Below are positions 20,062 to 31,112 of a DNA stretch of 64,000 nt, one piece after another. The notes beneath the pieces were generated by a model that saw only the letters and a list, made by a program, of their open reading frames with translations, was not told the origin of the DNA and did not search any database. The translations under genes were made by a program, and so were the position numbers. Each line of letters opens with the position of its first letter. The first letter of the stretch is position 1. The stretch is from an uncultured Acidobacteriaceae bacterium (lineage in GTDB: Bacteria; Acidobacteriota; Terriglobia; Terriglobales; Acidobacteriaceae): positions 69,313 to 133,312 of the forward strand of contig CAWBRJ010000001.1 of the NCBI GenBank assembly GCA_963790935.1, given 5' to 3'.

Positions 20062-20700
20062 ATGTTGACTGCTACCGAGGAGAGCCGTTGTCGTTGGAGA
20101 GCCACGCTCATCCCCATCGCAGGTGGGATTTATATCCTAATGCTGCTCGCTTCGATCCGCGTATCAGCGCAAACCCAATCGCCCAAAAATGCTGCTGTGC
20201 CTCAGGGTTGGAGCCTGGCAGGAAGCAACCCTACCAACTATGAGACCGGTCTAGATCCGCAGGCGAGCTACCATGGTTTCCCAAGTGCTTACTTGAAGGC
20301 CAAACAGTCAGCAATGGAAGGGTTTGGCACTCTCATGCAGGAATTCAGTGCAGGTGAATATGCCGGAAAGCGAGTCAGACTAAGAGCATCTGTGAAAGCC
20401 GAAGAGGTAGATGATTGGGCTGGACTATGGATGAGGGTTGACAAGGGCCCCACAGCCGTTAGCTTCGACAACATGATGGACCGGCCAATTAAAGGCACAA
20501 CCACATGGCAGGATTACGAAGTGATTCTCGACGTACCCCAAGACGCGACGCACATAGCCCTTGGCATTCTCCTAAGTAAATCAGGATCGGTTTGGCTGAA
20601 CGGTGTGAAGTTCGAGAGTGTCGGTTTAGACGTGCCGACAACCGCCAAGGCTCCGAAGCGGCTCCCGGAAGGTCCGACCAACCTGAACTTTGAAAACTAG
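20062..20700 (+). CDS. Hypothetical secreted protein (possible beta-sandwich fold; function unknown)
   Basis: In-frame ATG at 20062 (GGAG upstream) gives MLTATEESRCRWRATLIPIAGGIYILMLLASIRVSAQ, a signal-anchor. The ORF-track start 19936 would add a non-signal extension. I recognise no family. Confidence 0.55.
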   Translation: MLTATEESRCRWRATLIPIAGGIYILMLLASIRVSAQTQSPKNAAVPQGWSLAGSNPTNYETGLDPQASYHGFPSAYLKAKQSAMEGFGTLMQEFSAGEYAGKRVRLRASVKAEEVDDWAGLWMRVDKGPTAVSFDNMMDRPIKGTTTWQDYEVILDVPQDATHIALGILLSKSGSVWLNGVKFESVGLDVPTTAKAPKRLPEGPTNLNFEN

Positions 20701-20763
20701 TCGACCACCGCGTGCCCGGCGAAGATCAATTGCCCACCTTAAGCAGGGACCCATGTACGAGGT

Positions 20764-20850
20764 GCCCGCAAAGCCTCGTTTTCAGTAAATTCCCCAGCCA
20801 GGCGAGTCTGGCTGGCAAGTTACCCAAAATCCCGTTTTCAAGGAACTTCA
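20764..20850. repeat. Copy 2 of the direct repeat of about 85 nt; contains a ccagcc..ggctgg hairpin
   Basis: gcccgcaaagcctcgttttcagtaaattccccagccaggcgagtctggctggcaagttacccaaaatcccgttttcaaggaac. Lies between the convergent stops at 20700 and 20863. Confidence 0.75.
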
Positions 20851-20862
20851 GTCCGATGACCG

Positions 20863-21363
20863 CTATCGGAACAGCTTGATGCGGCCAGATTCTTCCCGAG
20901 CCATGAACCCTTCAAGGGTGCTGGTGATGAGAGCGCCGTTTACTTTTACCCGCGATCTTACGGTCAAGGGGAACAGTGATTCTGCACGCCTGTTTAGTGA
21001 TTGATAGGCGTGAGCAACAGTCGCCTCGATGTTACCCGCGAATCGAAGCGAACCCAGCCAGAAGCCAATTTGCCTTTCAGCCATGAATACATGCGGCTGG
21101 GTGCAGCCGAAATCGCCCGGCTCGCCAGAGTAGACGTATCCGGCCCCCGCGCTGCCATCAGCGAAGGTGACATCAGCAGCCATGACATAAGACCCTGGTG
21201 CATACCCTAGCAATTCACTCGCTACCGCAGGTCGGAGAGTAGCTTCGTCCTGACCCTCCACATCCTCCTCATTCGAGCAGAACTCCCAAAGGGGATGTTC
21301 CTTTAGATCCTGATCGGAAAGGCAGTGTACCTGTCGGCGCGTGTTTGCTAATGGGTCTTCCAT
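20863..21363 (-). CDS. Hypothetical cytoplasmic protein
   Basis: ORF track 20863..21387 has a GTG start. The in-frame ATG at 21363 gives MEDPLANTRRQVHCLSDQDLKEHPLWEFCSNEEDVEGQDEATL... I recognise no motif. Confidence 0.45.
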   Translation of the reverse strand: MEDPLANTRRQVHCLSDQDLKEHPLWEFCSNEEDVEGQDEATLRPAVASELLGYAPGSYVMAADVTFADGSAGAGYVYSGEPGDFGCTQPHVFMAERQIGFWLGSLRFAGNIEATVAHAYQSLNRRAESLFPLTVRSRVKVNGALITSTLEGFMAREESGRIKLFR

Positions 21364-21549
21364 GGGGATAGTGTGCAGCACACGCACACTCCCTGAAAAG
21401 TCGATTATCGGTTAACTTCAACGCGAGGTTCCTAGTTTACCCTTTCCGATAACTTGCCTCCGCGCCGAGGAGACTTCCGGATCCACATCGAGGTGTTTGC
21501 CATCGCTAAACGAGAGTGGCTGGCCGGGCCAGTAGACCGCGGCCCTCAG

Positions 21550-22001
21550 CGGCTTCTAAAGCCGGACCTGTTTTCAAGCAGTTACGTACGGGCTGAAGCC
21601 CGTACCCTTCAAGAAACAGAGTTTTTCCGCAGCCTCTGAAGTCCGGGGCTACACCAATCCGCTGCCCCGGGACTTGAAGCCCGATATATTCCCTATCATT
21701 TAGGGCCCGACTGACGTCGTGCCCTGATACAGCGGAGTTTTTCCGCAGCCTGTAAAGCCCGGCGACTTTCGACCAGTTGCGGCACGGCTTAACAGGCTGG
21801 GGCCTGGGCGTTCCGCGTAGGCCCATCTGCGGGGAGAAACCCAATCTCCTAAGGAACAAGTCTGCTTTGCGTGGGAGATTGAAGGGTGAGATTTGACTAT
21901 TCCACCCTTCGCAAAGAACGCGAAGGATGGGGCACCCGTTGATTGGTGGAGGGGAGAGAGCGCAAAAGCGTTGCTCAGAAGCGAGACCTGGGCCACCCAC
22001 T
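21550..22001. repeat. Cluster of REP-like GC-stem hairpins and short repeated motifs shared with other intergenic regions of the window
   Basis: Hairpins: cggct-tctaa-agccg (21550-21564); tacgggc-tgaa-gcccgta (21587-21604); imperfect aagtccgggg..ccccgggactt (21639-21679). gagtttttccgcagcct occurs twice. gaagtccggggctacacc (21638-21655) matches 38136-38153. atggggcaccc (21927) matches 30869 and 31068. gagacctgggccacccact (21983-22001) matches 6599-6617. Confidence 0.8.
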
Positions 22002-22068
22002 CATAGTCTGGAGGTTGCAGTTTTATTTTCGACAGAACGAAGCGTTTAGCCCGTACCATTCATGGACG

Positions 22069-23322
22069 ATGAAGCGGTCTGGCCATGTGCGTTGGTGGAT
22101 TGTTTGGACACTGTTTTTCTCGACGGTCACGAATTACATCAGCCGCCAGACTTTTTCTGTTCTGTCGCCAATGATTGCGACCCAGTATCACCTGAGCCAC
22201 ACCGACCTGGCCAAAATCGTCGGCGCGTTTCAATTCTCGTACGCAGTCACATGGCTTCTTGGCGGCATTTTCCTCGATGCCGTGGGAACTCGACTTGGCC
22301 TGGCCCTGGCCGTCATCTTCTGGTCGGTCGTCAATATCTTTACCGGATTTGCCAGTACTGTCTTTGGGTTTGCGTCCTTCCGCTTTCTGCTTGGCATCGG
22401 TGAGGGTTTCAATTGGCCGGCAGCCAGCAAGACCGTGGCTGAGTGGTTCCCGAGCCAGGAACGCAGCGTCGCCGTGGCCATCTTCGATAGCGGGTCGAGC
22501 GTCGGCGGCGCCTTAGCCGCTTTCGTGATTCCCTGGATCGCCATCGAGTTTGGGTGGCGCTGGTCCTTTGTTTTTTCTGGACTGCTTGGCTTTGTATGGC
22601 TGGCAATATGGCTGCGCGTCTACCATCCGCTGGACCGCCATCCGCGCGTGACCGCGGAGGAGACGGCACTCATCCGCGCCGGCCAGGATACGCCTCGCAC
22701 TTCTGCACAGCAAGGAATGCGACGCTATCTCGAGCTGTTCAGGAATCGCAATGTCTGGGGCATCGTTCTCGGCCGGGCATTGACCGATCCCATCTGGTGG
22801 TTCTATGTCTTTTGGCTGCCACAATATCTAAGCGACGCGCGCGGTTTCAGTCTCAAACGCATTGCGCTGTTTGCCTGGATGCCCTTCGTTGCCGCCGATA
22901 TTGGTAACTTCACCGGTGGCTTGATCTCGGGGTATTGCATTCGCCGGGGCGTGCCGGTGGTACGCGCCCGCCTGTGGGTCTGCGCCATTAGCTGCCTGCC
23001 TATCCTCGCCGGAATCCCGGCCGCACATGTTCATAGCGCCATTCTGGCGCTGGCGCTCATCTGCGTTGCACTCTGGGGGTATGCCGCCTGGTCGACGATG
23101 GGCTTAACGTTTCCCTCAGATTTATTGGCGCATGACGTCGTGGCCACGGTGACTGGACTCAGCGGACTCGCCGCCGGCCTGGTAAGTGTGGCTTTCACTT
23201 TTGCCGTGGGGATTATGGTTGACCGGTTTTCCTACACGCCGGCGTTCCTGGCTGCGGGTCTTATGCCGCTCGTCGCCACGGCGTGCGTGTTTCTCCTCAT
23301 CCGGCCGCCGCAAAATCAATGA
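22069..23322 (+). CDS. MFS transporter (anion:cation symporter / hexuronate-transporter-like)
   Basis: In-frame ATG at 22069 gives MKRSGHVRWWIVWTLFFSTVTNYISRQTFSVLSPMI.., with LLGIGEGFNWPAASKTVAEWFPSQERS typical of the ACS subfamily. The ORF-track start 21943 would read through the REP cluster. Confidence 0.85.
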   Translation: MKRSGHVRWWIVWTLFFSTVTNYISRQTFSVLSPMIATQYHLSHTDLAKIVGAFQFSYAVTWLLGGIFLDAVGTRLGLALAVIFWSVVNIFTGFASTVFGFASFRFLLGIGEGFNWPAASKTVAEWFPSQERSVAVAIFDSGSSVGGALAAFVIPWIAIEFGWRWSFVFSGLLGFVWLAIWLRVYHPLDRHPRVTAEETALIRAGQDTPRTSAQQGMRRYLELFRNRNVWGIVLGRALTDPIWWFYVFWLPQYLSDARGFSLKRIALFAWMPFVAADIGNFTGGLISGYCIRRGVPVVRARLWVCAISCLPILAGIPAAHVHSAILALALICVALWGYAAWSTMGLTFPSDLLAHDVVATVTGLSGLAAGLVSVAFTFAVGIMVDRFSYTPAFLAAGLMPLVATACVFLLIRPPQNQ

Positions 23323-24773
23323 AGCCGCGGGCTGGGTCGGTGCGCACCAGTTTCACATTCAAGCTATCGCCGACGTCGAAGCCACCCTGACCTTGCACCA
23401 GCATGCCATCCACATGGGGAGCCAGCGTGCGCACAAAGGTTCCGTGTTCGTTCACTCCAGTCACAATTGCGCGGAACTTGTCACCAATGCGATTTGCCAA
23501 CGCTACAGCCGCGATCCGCTTTTGCATGTCCCGCTCCAGCTTGCGTTCCGCCGAAGATTTTGCGGTGCAGTTGGCGGCGATGGCTGACAGTTCGTCCTCG
23601 GAATACGGGGAAGGCTTGCCGGCCACCATTGCCTTCAAGAGTCTCTGCGTGATGAGATCCGCATAGCGGCGATTGGGAGCGGTCGAGTGAGTATAGTCCT
23701 CAACCGCCAGGCCAAAGTGGCCTTCGGGTGGGTCTCCTGGCCGCTCCACTACGTATTCTCCCGGTCCCATCAACTTCACCACAGCCAGCGAAAGATCAGG
23801 AAAGTGTTCCGGGTCCTGTTGCTTACGCTTGCAGAGGAAATCATTCAGCGCCTTAGAATCCGGAACTGCCGGCAAAGAAGTTCCCAGGCCTGCTGCCAAT
23901 TCGACAATCCGATCCCAGCGTTTCGGAGTTTTCACAACTCTGCGGATGGAGGCGATCTTATTCTCCCGCAGGGTTCGTGCGACGACGCCATTGGCCGCAA
24001 TCATCAGATCTTCAATCAACTGGGTAGCCAGGTTCTTTGCTTGCGCCTGCAACTGGATTCCGTCTTGTTGCACGACGGCCTGAGTTTCAATACTTTCTAA
24101 TTCGAGAGCCCCCTGCTTGTATCGTTCCGCGCGTAACCGTTGAGCGATCCCGCTTTGCATCTTCAATTGCGCCTGCAATTCAGCAGACGCGGCAACCTTG
24201 GGCGGAGTCTCCGCTTTGCCTCCCAGCCATGCCCCGACACTTGGGTACGCCAGTTGAGCCTTATTCCGGACGACCGCCGGGTAGATGCGGCTCGAAGAGA
24301 TGCAGCTCGCGGTCGCGCACTCGCCGGCATCCAGCACGAACTCGGTCACCATGCAGGCGCGAGCCTCACCCTCAAGCAGAGAGGTGAGCCCGGTCGAGAG
24401 CGCCTCCGGAAGCATGGAGAAGTTCTTCACCCCGGTGTAGATGGTGACCGTTTCCTGGGCGGCGTATTGATCGATCGCCGAGCCCTTCTGTACATACCGA
24501 TCGACATCCGCAATGCCGATCAGCACACGGGTGTGTCCATCCGGAAGCGCTTCGGAATATTCGATCTGATCCAGATCGCGCGAGGTGTCGTTATCGATCG
24601 AAGACCAAAGCAGAGGCTGCAGATCTTCAGCCGCGGGATCTGTCTTTGGCGGATGCGCCTGGAGCGCTGCCAAGCTCCTCAAGAACCTGCGGCGGATAAT
24701 CCGGCGCGAACCCGCGCTCCGTCATCGAGCGGCGAGCAGCAGCGACGAGATCAAATGGTTGGCGTGAACTCAT
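23297..24773 (-). pseudogene. RNB-domain ribonuclease (RNase II/R family, C-terminal S1-like domain) with an N-terminal frameshift near 24665-24675
   Basis: ORF 23297..24682 (TTG start) contains the RNB core (LWSSIDNDTSRDLDQIE..HFGLAVEDYTHSTAPNRRYADLITQRLL). A 48-codon ORF from ATG 24773 (AGGAGGG upstream) reads MSSRQPFDLVAAARRSMTERGFAPDYPPQVLEEL.. and resembles the usual N-terminus of this family. It lies in another frame. Dropping one g in cttggcagc would join the two pieces. Confidence 0.7.
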
Positions 24774-24849
24774 TCACCCTCCTGGATTATGGTAAAGCAA
24801 AAAGAATGGGAAGGGCCGAAGCCCTTCCCATTCTTTGGAGTATAGCTGG

Positions 24850-27800
24850 TTAGAACTGCAGATGGAGCGTGAACTGCAGTTGACGTGGGTTGGTGGTTCC
24901 GCCGGTACCTGTCGGATATGGACCACTGGTGATCGCTCCCGAGCTGGTCTGATCAATAGCGCCATTCGGAGTAGCAAAATTGATATGGTTAATCGCGTTG
25001 AAGGCATCAAAGCGGAACTGCGCCGTCACTCGCTCGTAGATGGAAACGTTCTTCATGAGGGACATGTCGCTGTTTATGAAGTTCGAACCAAAGGCTGTAT
25101 TGCGCCTAATGTTCCCGATTTGATCCAGGCCAGGGCAAGTGAATCCGCCGGTGACGGAGGCTGAGTTGCAAAGGTTATTTCCAGCGGTCAGGTCTGCCCC
25201 ACCAATGACGGGCGAAAACAGGTGGACGCCCGAACCCACTCCCGGTGTCCCTTGCAACTGATAGGTTATGTTTTTCACGTTTCCGTTCGGCTGGCAAGGT
25301 GCGTCACCCGGTATCGAGGCGCCGCAATCGGAATAGCTGAGGGAGAAGGGCAGTCCACTCTGCCAGATGAAAGTCGGACTAAGCTCCCAGCCACCGATTA
25401 TCCCATTCACCCACGAGTTGACGTTGCTGGCGAACATCTGATTTCGGCCGAACGGCAGGTTCCACAAGCCGTAAGACGTGAACGCGCTGCGGCGGATGGC
25501 TTGATCGGGACCGATAACGGCCTGCTTGTCCCAGGTGGAGAAATTGCTTGCGGTGTCTGTACCTCGCTGGTACGCGTAATTCAGGTTGAGGCTGAGACCT
25601 TGCGTGAACGTCTTGGTAAATTTGGTCTGCAGGGCGTTGTAGTGGGTGTCCTGGTCGTCTCCGTAGTAGCTGATGCCCTGGGTCCAGCCGCAAGGGCCTC
25701 CAGCGCAGGCGGAAAGTGTGCCGTTGGTGTAACGCTGCAGCTGCGTTTGGTTCGAAGTGCCGCCGTTGGCAGAAACTCCCGTCTTTACTGTCGGATCGTA
25801 GTGCAGCGCCACCCCATTCTGAGTGAAAGAACCAGGCAGAGAAATTGCTGCCTCGTTAGGGTTGGTGTTATTACCGTCGCCATCGCTCAGGGTATGCGTT
25901 CCCTTGTTGCCAACGTAGGATATTTCGACTGAGATGGTTGGGCTCAGCGAGTGCTGGACCGCCGCGTTCCAGGCGTCCAGGGTGGGCAGGCGTTCTGTGA
26001 ACGGCCGCGCTTTCACGCTAACGGACGAGCCGATGGATGCGCCGCCGGTCCCAGGGAGGATCTCAGTAATCGGGATCTGGCCGGCAGAGTTCACAGCTGG
26101 GGGCGTGTAGTTCGACAGTGGGCTGGTCGCGACTTTGCCTACGCCCGGAATAGTGGCGTTGGTAGGATCGGACAAATTGAAGGCATAGCTGGTGGGACCG
26201 TTGGTCCCGCTCAGGGACTGGTTAGCCAGTACAGGAATGTTTTGGGTGACCACGTGGCCGAAGGTAGAGCCGAAGACGCCCAAATCAAAGCTGCGCCCGT
26301 AACCGGCGCGAATGACGGTCTTAGGCGTCATTTGATAAGCGACCCCTATGCGCGGGTTCCAGGCATTTGCGGCAGCCTTGACGTTCATGTTAAGCCCGAC
26401 TGGGCCTTCCCCGGCAACGTTGATGAAGCCGGTCTGAAGATTCAGCAGGGCACCGTTACCTTTGCCGTTCACCCGTTCCGGAGCATAGTACTCGTATCGT
26501 ACGCCGAGGTTTAACGTCAGTTTCGGCGAAAAACGCCAGGTGTCCTGTACGTAGAAGTAGTCACGCGGCTGAAATTCCTTGGCGTTGGTCGAGGTGCTGG
26601 CGTAACGGTTGAAGCTGGCCACGTCGCCCAGGATGAAGCTGGCAAAACCCAGTCCGCCGGCGGTGCCGTTGGAGGTGGGCCCGTTAGGAAAATTATTTAT
26701 ACCGGTACGATCGCTGTCGCTCGGTACGCGCAGATTGCGCGCATAGCGAAGATCGACACCGAACTTTACCGCGTGATTGCGAATCGTCTTGGTCCAGTTA
26801 TTGACTAACTGGAACTGGTCTTCCCTTTCAATGAGCGGGCAGTTGCAATGATTCATCTGCAGCCCGGAGCCGAACTGGGGACCGGTGTTCTGACCAGTTC
26901 GAGTAGAACTCGGACTAGTTGCGGTCACGTCGGCGATGTTGATATCCGGCGTTCCATAGTCTGTAGTAACTACCTGGCTCGGCACGGTGCCGCTCACGTT
27001 CTGTCCGAGGAACGGCAAGTTTGTATTCCCGGGATCGTTTTTATGGGTTTTGATGTTGTAGCGGAAGTATCCCAGACGAACGTCGGTAACGAGGTTGGAG
27101 TTAATGGCAACGTCTACGCCCGCAGCGGCGCTGTCGTTGGCTCCTTCTGACACGCCGCCGTACCCGGCAATACCCAGACCAGGACCGCCCGCGGGACCAA
27201 ACAGGCTGGCGCCGCTCAGAGTGTCAGTAAAGCGGCTGAAGCGGACAAACGCGTGTGCCTTCGAGTATATCGTTGTGTCGCCGCGAACATCCCACTGATT
27301 GCTGTTGAAAATGCCGGTTCCGGTGCCCGCGTAGTTGCTGGTGAGACCGTTATCGGTGGTGAAGGTGTTGGGCACTTTTCCGTTGGCTAACAACAACTTG
27401 AACAGGTTTAAGGCTTGAGGCGAGAGTTGATTTAGGGGAATGATGTTGTTCGCGTACGGTACGGGCGTTCCGGTCGAGTTGTTATACAGCTGGTGGCCTG
27501 GAACGGCCAGGTATTGGCTGAAGTCGCAGCCAGGCGAATCCGTTCGACGCCGTGGTCGCGCCGGTGCAACTCTGCAATGCCAGCAACGATGGGACGGTAC
27601 CGAGTCCGGAAGACCCCACCTTCTGGCGCACACCCTGGTAATCGCCGAAGAAGAATGCTTTGTCCTTGAGGATTGGGCCGCCGATAGAACCGCCAAATTG
27701 GTTCTTGAGTCCGCCTGGATAGCCGGCAGCTTTGCTCACTGTAAACGGGTCACGCGCCAGGTTGGCATTGCTTTCACGATTGTCGAACAGAGTTCCGTGG

Positions 27801-28558
27801 AAGGAATTGGTGCCCGATTTGGTCTGAACGGTTTGCACCGAGGCGACGGCCTTGCCGAACTCCGCGTCGAAATTCTGGGTGGCGATCTTGGCCTCAGACA
27901 TGGACTCGTAGTTAGGATTAATGACGATGATGCCGAGAATGGCATCCTGATTGTCGGTGCCGTCCAGGGTATAGTTCACGCCGCCGAAGGCCTGACCATC
28001 AATCTGAATCTGCTTGGAACCTTGCGGGTTTTCCGATGCCGCGTGGGCCCAACCTAGCTGCACCGCGCCTGGCAACAATAGCTGCAGATTGGCGAAGTTA
28101 TGGTCCGGAATGGGTAATGTCTCAAGGTCCTGCGCCGAGTAAGTGACGGCCACATCAGCGCGGTCGGTCTTGAGCTGTGGGACCGTATCCGCATTGACCG
28201 TGACTACTTCGCCGGCGGTACCAATGGAAAGGACAACTGCGACGTTGTCTGAGCTGTCGGCATTCACCTGGATGTTGTTTTGCTCATATTTCTTAAAGCC
28301 CGGCTGGTCAACCGAAAGGGAGTAGGCGTCAGGAATGAGGTGGTCGACCCGGAACTCGCCGCTTTCGTTGGCGTTTACCGTGACCGTAATTCCCTTGGAG
28401 GTGTCAGTGACCACAACGGGCGCATTGGGGATCAGCGCACCGGTGGCGTCCGTGACTGTTCCGTAGATAGCTCCGTAGACAGCTTGTCCGAATGCGTTAC
28501 AGGGTAAAAACGCTAGGGTGGCTAGTACGGCAAGGCAAGCCCCTTTGATCCGATTCAT
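24850..28558 (-). pseudogene. TonB-dependent receptor with N-terminal CarboxypepD_reg-like domain, one frameshift near 27550
   Basis: ORF 27482..28627: the internal ATG at 28558 (GGAGG upstream) gives MNRIKGACLAVLATLAFLPCNAFGQAVYGAIYGTVTDATGALIPNAPVVVTD.., then a plug-like region. ORF 24850..27696 continues from ..DSPGCDFSQYLAVPG to the C-terminal NPRQLQFTLHLQF. The pieces overlap out of frame. Confidence 0.85.
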
Positions 28559-28679
28559 CACGTACCTCCAAAAGTTGACACCATTGCTTTTTATTTGACA
28601 TAACAGCTTTGTTTGAACTGCGAACATGCTTTGCCTGCAATACAGAGCAGCTGCAGGCGCATTTTTTCGTCGGCTGGAA

Positions 28680-28707
28680 AGTATCGGAGCCGATGAATGA
28701 CTGTCAA
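28680..28707 (-). promoter_or_regulatory. Candidate sigma70-like promoter for the TonB-dependent receptor gene
   Basis: On the minus strand: TTGACA (28707-28702), 16 nt, GATACT (28685-28680), about 120 nt upstream of the ATG at 28558. Pattern match only; acidobacterial promoter consensus is assumed, not known. Confidence 0.2.
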
Positions 28708-28920
28708 GGTCTTTTTGACGGCGGTCTCCTTGGAAGACACACGGTTGACTACAAGAAAGGCTGTAGAGGCGCCCTTTTGCAGCCTCCCGACCGGTTCCAA
28801 AACGGAAACGGAATCGCCAGCGGGCGAATCCTTCTGCTTTTTGTGGACGGCGGGGCTCCCGGGGACCGAGGGAGGAGAACTTCCCCTTTAGACTTCTAAC
28901 GGAATGAAATTCGAGTATCT

Positions 28921-30720
28921 ATGATTTCGATCTCAACCCAGGGTCCCTCTCAAGCGTTTTGGGTGTTCCTGGCAATCATGGCGACCGTTCCGCCTCTCAG
29001 CGCCCAAAAGGCTTCCCCAGATCTGAACGAGGCGCGATCTGCGATGGCTGCCGGTATCGCCGCTGCCAATGCAGGCAACCTGGACCAGGCCAGGGTTGCC
29101 TTCGAACGTGCGGTCAAGCTGGCCCCGAACGTGTCTGCTACCCACGCCGCGCTCGGCTCTGTGCTGCTCTCGCAAAATCAAATGACAGCTGCCCTTCAAG
29201 AGTTGACCCAGGCCCACGCGCTTGATCCTGGAGACGTCTCGATCGACCTCAACCTCGCCCGGGCAGAGGTTGAGACGGGCGGATTTGAGGGCGCGGTTCC
29301 CCTGTTTCGCGCTGCCCTCGCTAGTTCGCCAGCACCGGTCTTGTCAGAGGAGGAATCGCTGGCCTATGCCAAGGCGGTCGCGGGTACCGGCGACCTTACC
29401 TCGGCGGAGAGCACGCTACGGAACGCGCTCACCACGGCGCCCGATTCCGCCCGGCTTAACGACGCTCTCGGCACTTTGCTCGCACAGGGCGGTCAACTCG
29501 ACCAGGCATTGCCTTTCTTTCGCCACGCGATCGCCAACGATCCCACCTTCGCCCGCGCGCAATATCATCTCGGTGCCGCCCTGCTAGCGAGCGGCCAGCC
29601 ACAGGATGCCCTCGCCCCCCTGGAGGCCGCCGCAACTTCTACTCCCAACAGCTTTGACGTCGAGCTGCAGCTCGGCTTGGCCCTATCCGCGCTGCATAAG
29701 GACACAGAGGCACTCTCCCATCTGCGTCGCGCCGCTGAACTGCGGACCTCGACCACACCTCCGGCTCCCATTTACTCCCTCGCCCTGGCTCTACAGGCAA
29801 GCGGAGATCCCAAGTCCGCGTTGCCGCTATTCGAGTTAGCTCTCACCGATGCCTCGGTCGCCAACAGCTCCGCGCTCATCAATGATGCGCTGGCTCACGT
29901 GCAGACCGGCGACGCAACCGGGGCCCTCCCGCTGTACAACCGCGCGCTGACAGCCGGGCCCGACAGCGCCATTCTGCGTGAGGACTTCGGCGTTGCGTAT
30001 CTGCAACAGGCCGATCTGGTGCACGCGATCGAGCAGTTCAAGATGGGCCTTGCCCTGGAGCCGGAAAACGCACACCTCCACTACGACCTGGGCCTGGCTC
30101 TCAAGCTCAAAGACGATCTTCCTGCGGCGATTCCAGAATTCGAACGTTCCGCCCAACTCGACCCGATGCTCCCTGACCCGGCCTATACGCTGGGGGTCAT
30201 CTATATGCAGCAAGGGAAATTTCCTGAGGCCGCTGCCCAACTTCAGCGAGCCACAACTCTCCAGCCGGCCAACGGCGACGCTTGGGCGTTGCTGGGCAGC
30301 GTGCTCAAGGATTCCGGTGATCCCAAAGGCGCCACCGAAGCCCTGCAGCGAGCCATTGCTCTTGAGCCCAACCAACCCAGCCTGCATGTGCAACTCGCTG
30401 CACTGGAGTCCCAGGCAGGCGACAGAGAGGCCGCGGCCGCGGAACGCAAGATCGCCGCTGACCTCAGCCGGGAAGCCAACAGCCGCCAGCGCGCCAGCTT
30501 CGCGCTCAATAGCGGCCGCGCCCTGCTGGAGCAAAACAAGCTGGACGACGCCATCCTGCAGCTCAACACCGCCGCTCAGGCTGACCCTACTCTGGTGGAG
30601 CCGCACAGCCTTCTCGCCGAGGCCTACGGGCGGCAGGGTAAATCTGCAGATGCTGCCCTCGAGCGACAGCGCGCCAGCGCAATCGAGCGAAAAGGCGCGG
30701 GTGGCGATAGTCATCCATGA
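28921..30720 (+). CDS. Secreted tetratricopeptide-repeat protein
   Basis: 599 aa, signal peptide. Repeated A-x-x-x-L-x-x-A-L-x-L-x-P TPR units throughout. Confidence 0.85.
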   Translation: MISISTQGPSQAFWVFLAIMATVPPLSAQKASPDLNEARSAMAAGIAAANAGNLDQARVAFERAVKLAPNVSATHAALGSVLLSQNQMTAALQELTQAHALDPGDVSIDLNLARAEVETGGFEGAVPLFRAALASSPAPVLSEEESLAYAKAVAGTGDLTSAESTLRNALTTAPDSARLNDALGTLLAQGGQLDQALPFFRHAIANDPTFARAQYHLGAALLASGQPQDALAPLEAAATSTPNSFDVELQLGLALSALHKDTEALSHLRRAAELRTSTTPPAPIYSLALALQASGDPKSALPLFELALTDASVANSSALINDALAHVQTGDATGALPLYNRALTAGPDSAILREDFGVAYLQQADLVHAIEQFKMGLALEPENAHLHYDLGLALKLKDDLPAAIPEFERSAQLDPMLPDPAYTLGVIYMQQGKFPEAAAQLQRATTLQPANGDAWALLGSVLKDSGDPKGATEALQRAIALEPNQPSLHVQLAALESQAGDREAAAAERKIAADLSREANSRQRASFALNSGRALLEQNKLDDAILQLNTAAQADPTLVEPHSLLAEAYGRQGKSADAALERQRASAIERKGAGGDSHP

Positions 30721-30789
30721 TTTAGAGGCAAGGGCTTACTTGGGGGCAGAAATAGCCGCAGGCCGCTTCGCTTCTCTTGGGTCCTGATG

Positions 30790-31090
30790 AACAAATGGTA
30801 GGGTCCGGAACGAAGGGCTGTCGAAGGGCTTCGCCCATCGTTTTCGGCCCACGTACGCTGGTGCGAACATGGGGCACCCCTGCGGATCTGTGAGGCCCGC
30901 AACAGGCTTGAGGGGGAGGCCTGCGGTATCCCACATCTCGCGAAAAACGAGCGAGATGCCCCGAATTTCCTGTACGCAGCTCTGGACAGGACCGCGTGTG
31001 CGCCTTTCATTAAGGAAAGGCGCAGGAAGTTCAGGGAACCCACGAAACTACACAGGAAATCGGGGGTGTGGGGCACCCGGCGACTGGTCC
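30790..31090. repeat. Long REP-like intergenic element
   Basis: Contains atggggcaccc (30869) and gtggggcaccc (31068). On the minus strand it pseudo-translates as PDFLCSFVGSLNFLRLSLMKGAHAVLSRAAYRKFG..FFARCGIPQ. I remember this as a recurrent spurious hypothetical-protein pattern in Acidobacteriaceae genomes (from memory, unverified). Confidence 0.6.
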
Positions 31091-31112
31091 GGGGATAGAC
31101 TCAAACGCGAGT

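Noticed and set aside
21943-22068. ORF-track N-terminal extensions of the MFS (21943) and GH13 (38113) genes
   Set aside because: The extensions translate REP-like hairpin DNA. Internal ATGs (22069, 38257) give proper N-terminal TM or signal sequences.
28559-28920. Cobalamin or other riboswitch in the 360-nt leader region upstream of the TonB-dependent receptor (and upstream of the MetE-like gene at 48521-48538)
   Set aside because: I found no B12-box-like GCCACTG core or other riboswitch signature by eye. The MetE-like gene has only 18 nt of upstream spacer. A covariance-model scan (Rfam/Infernal) would be needed to exclude one formally.
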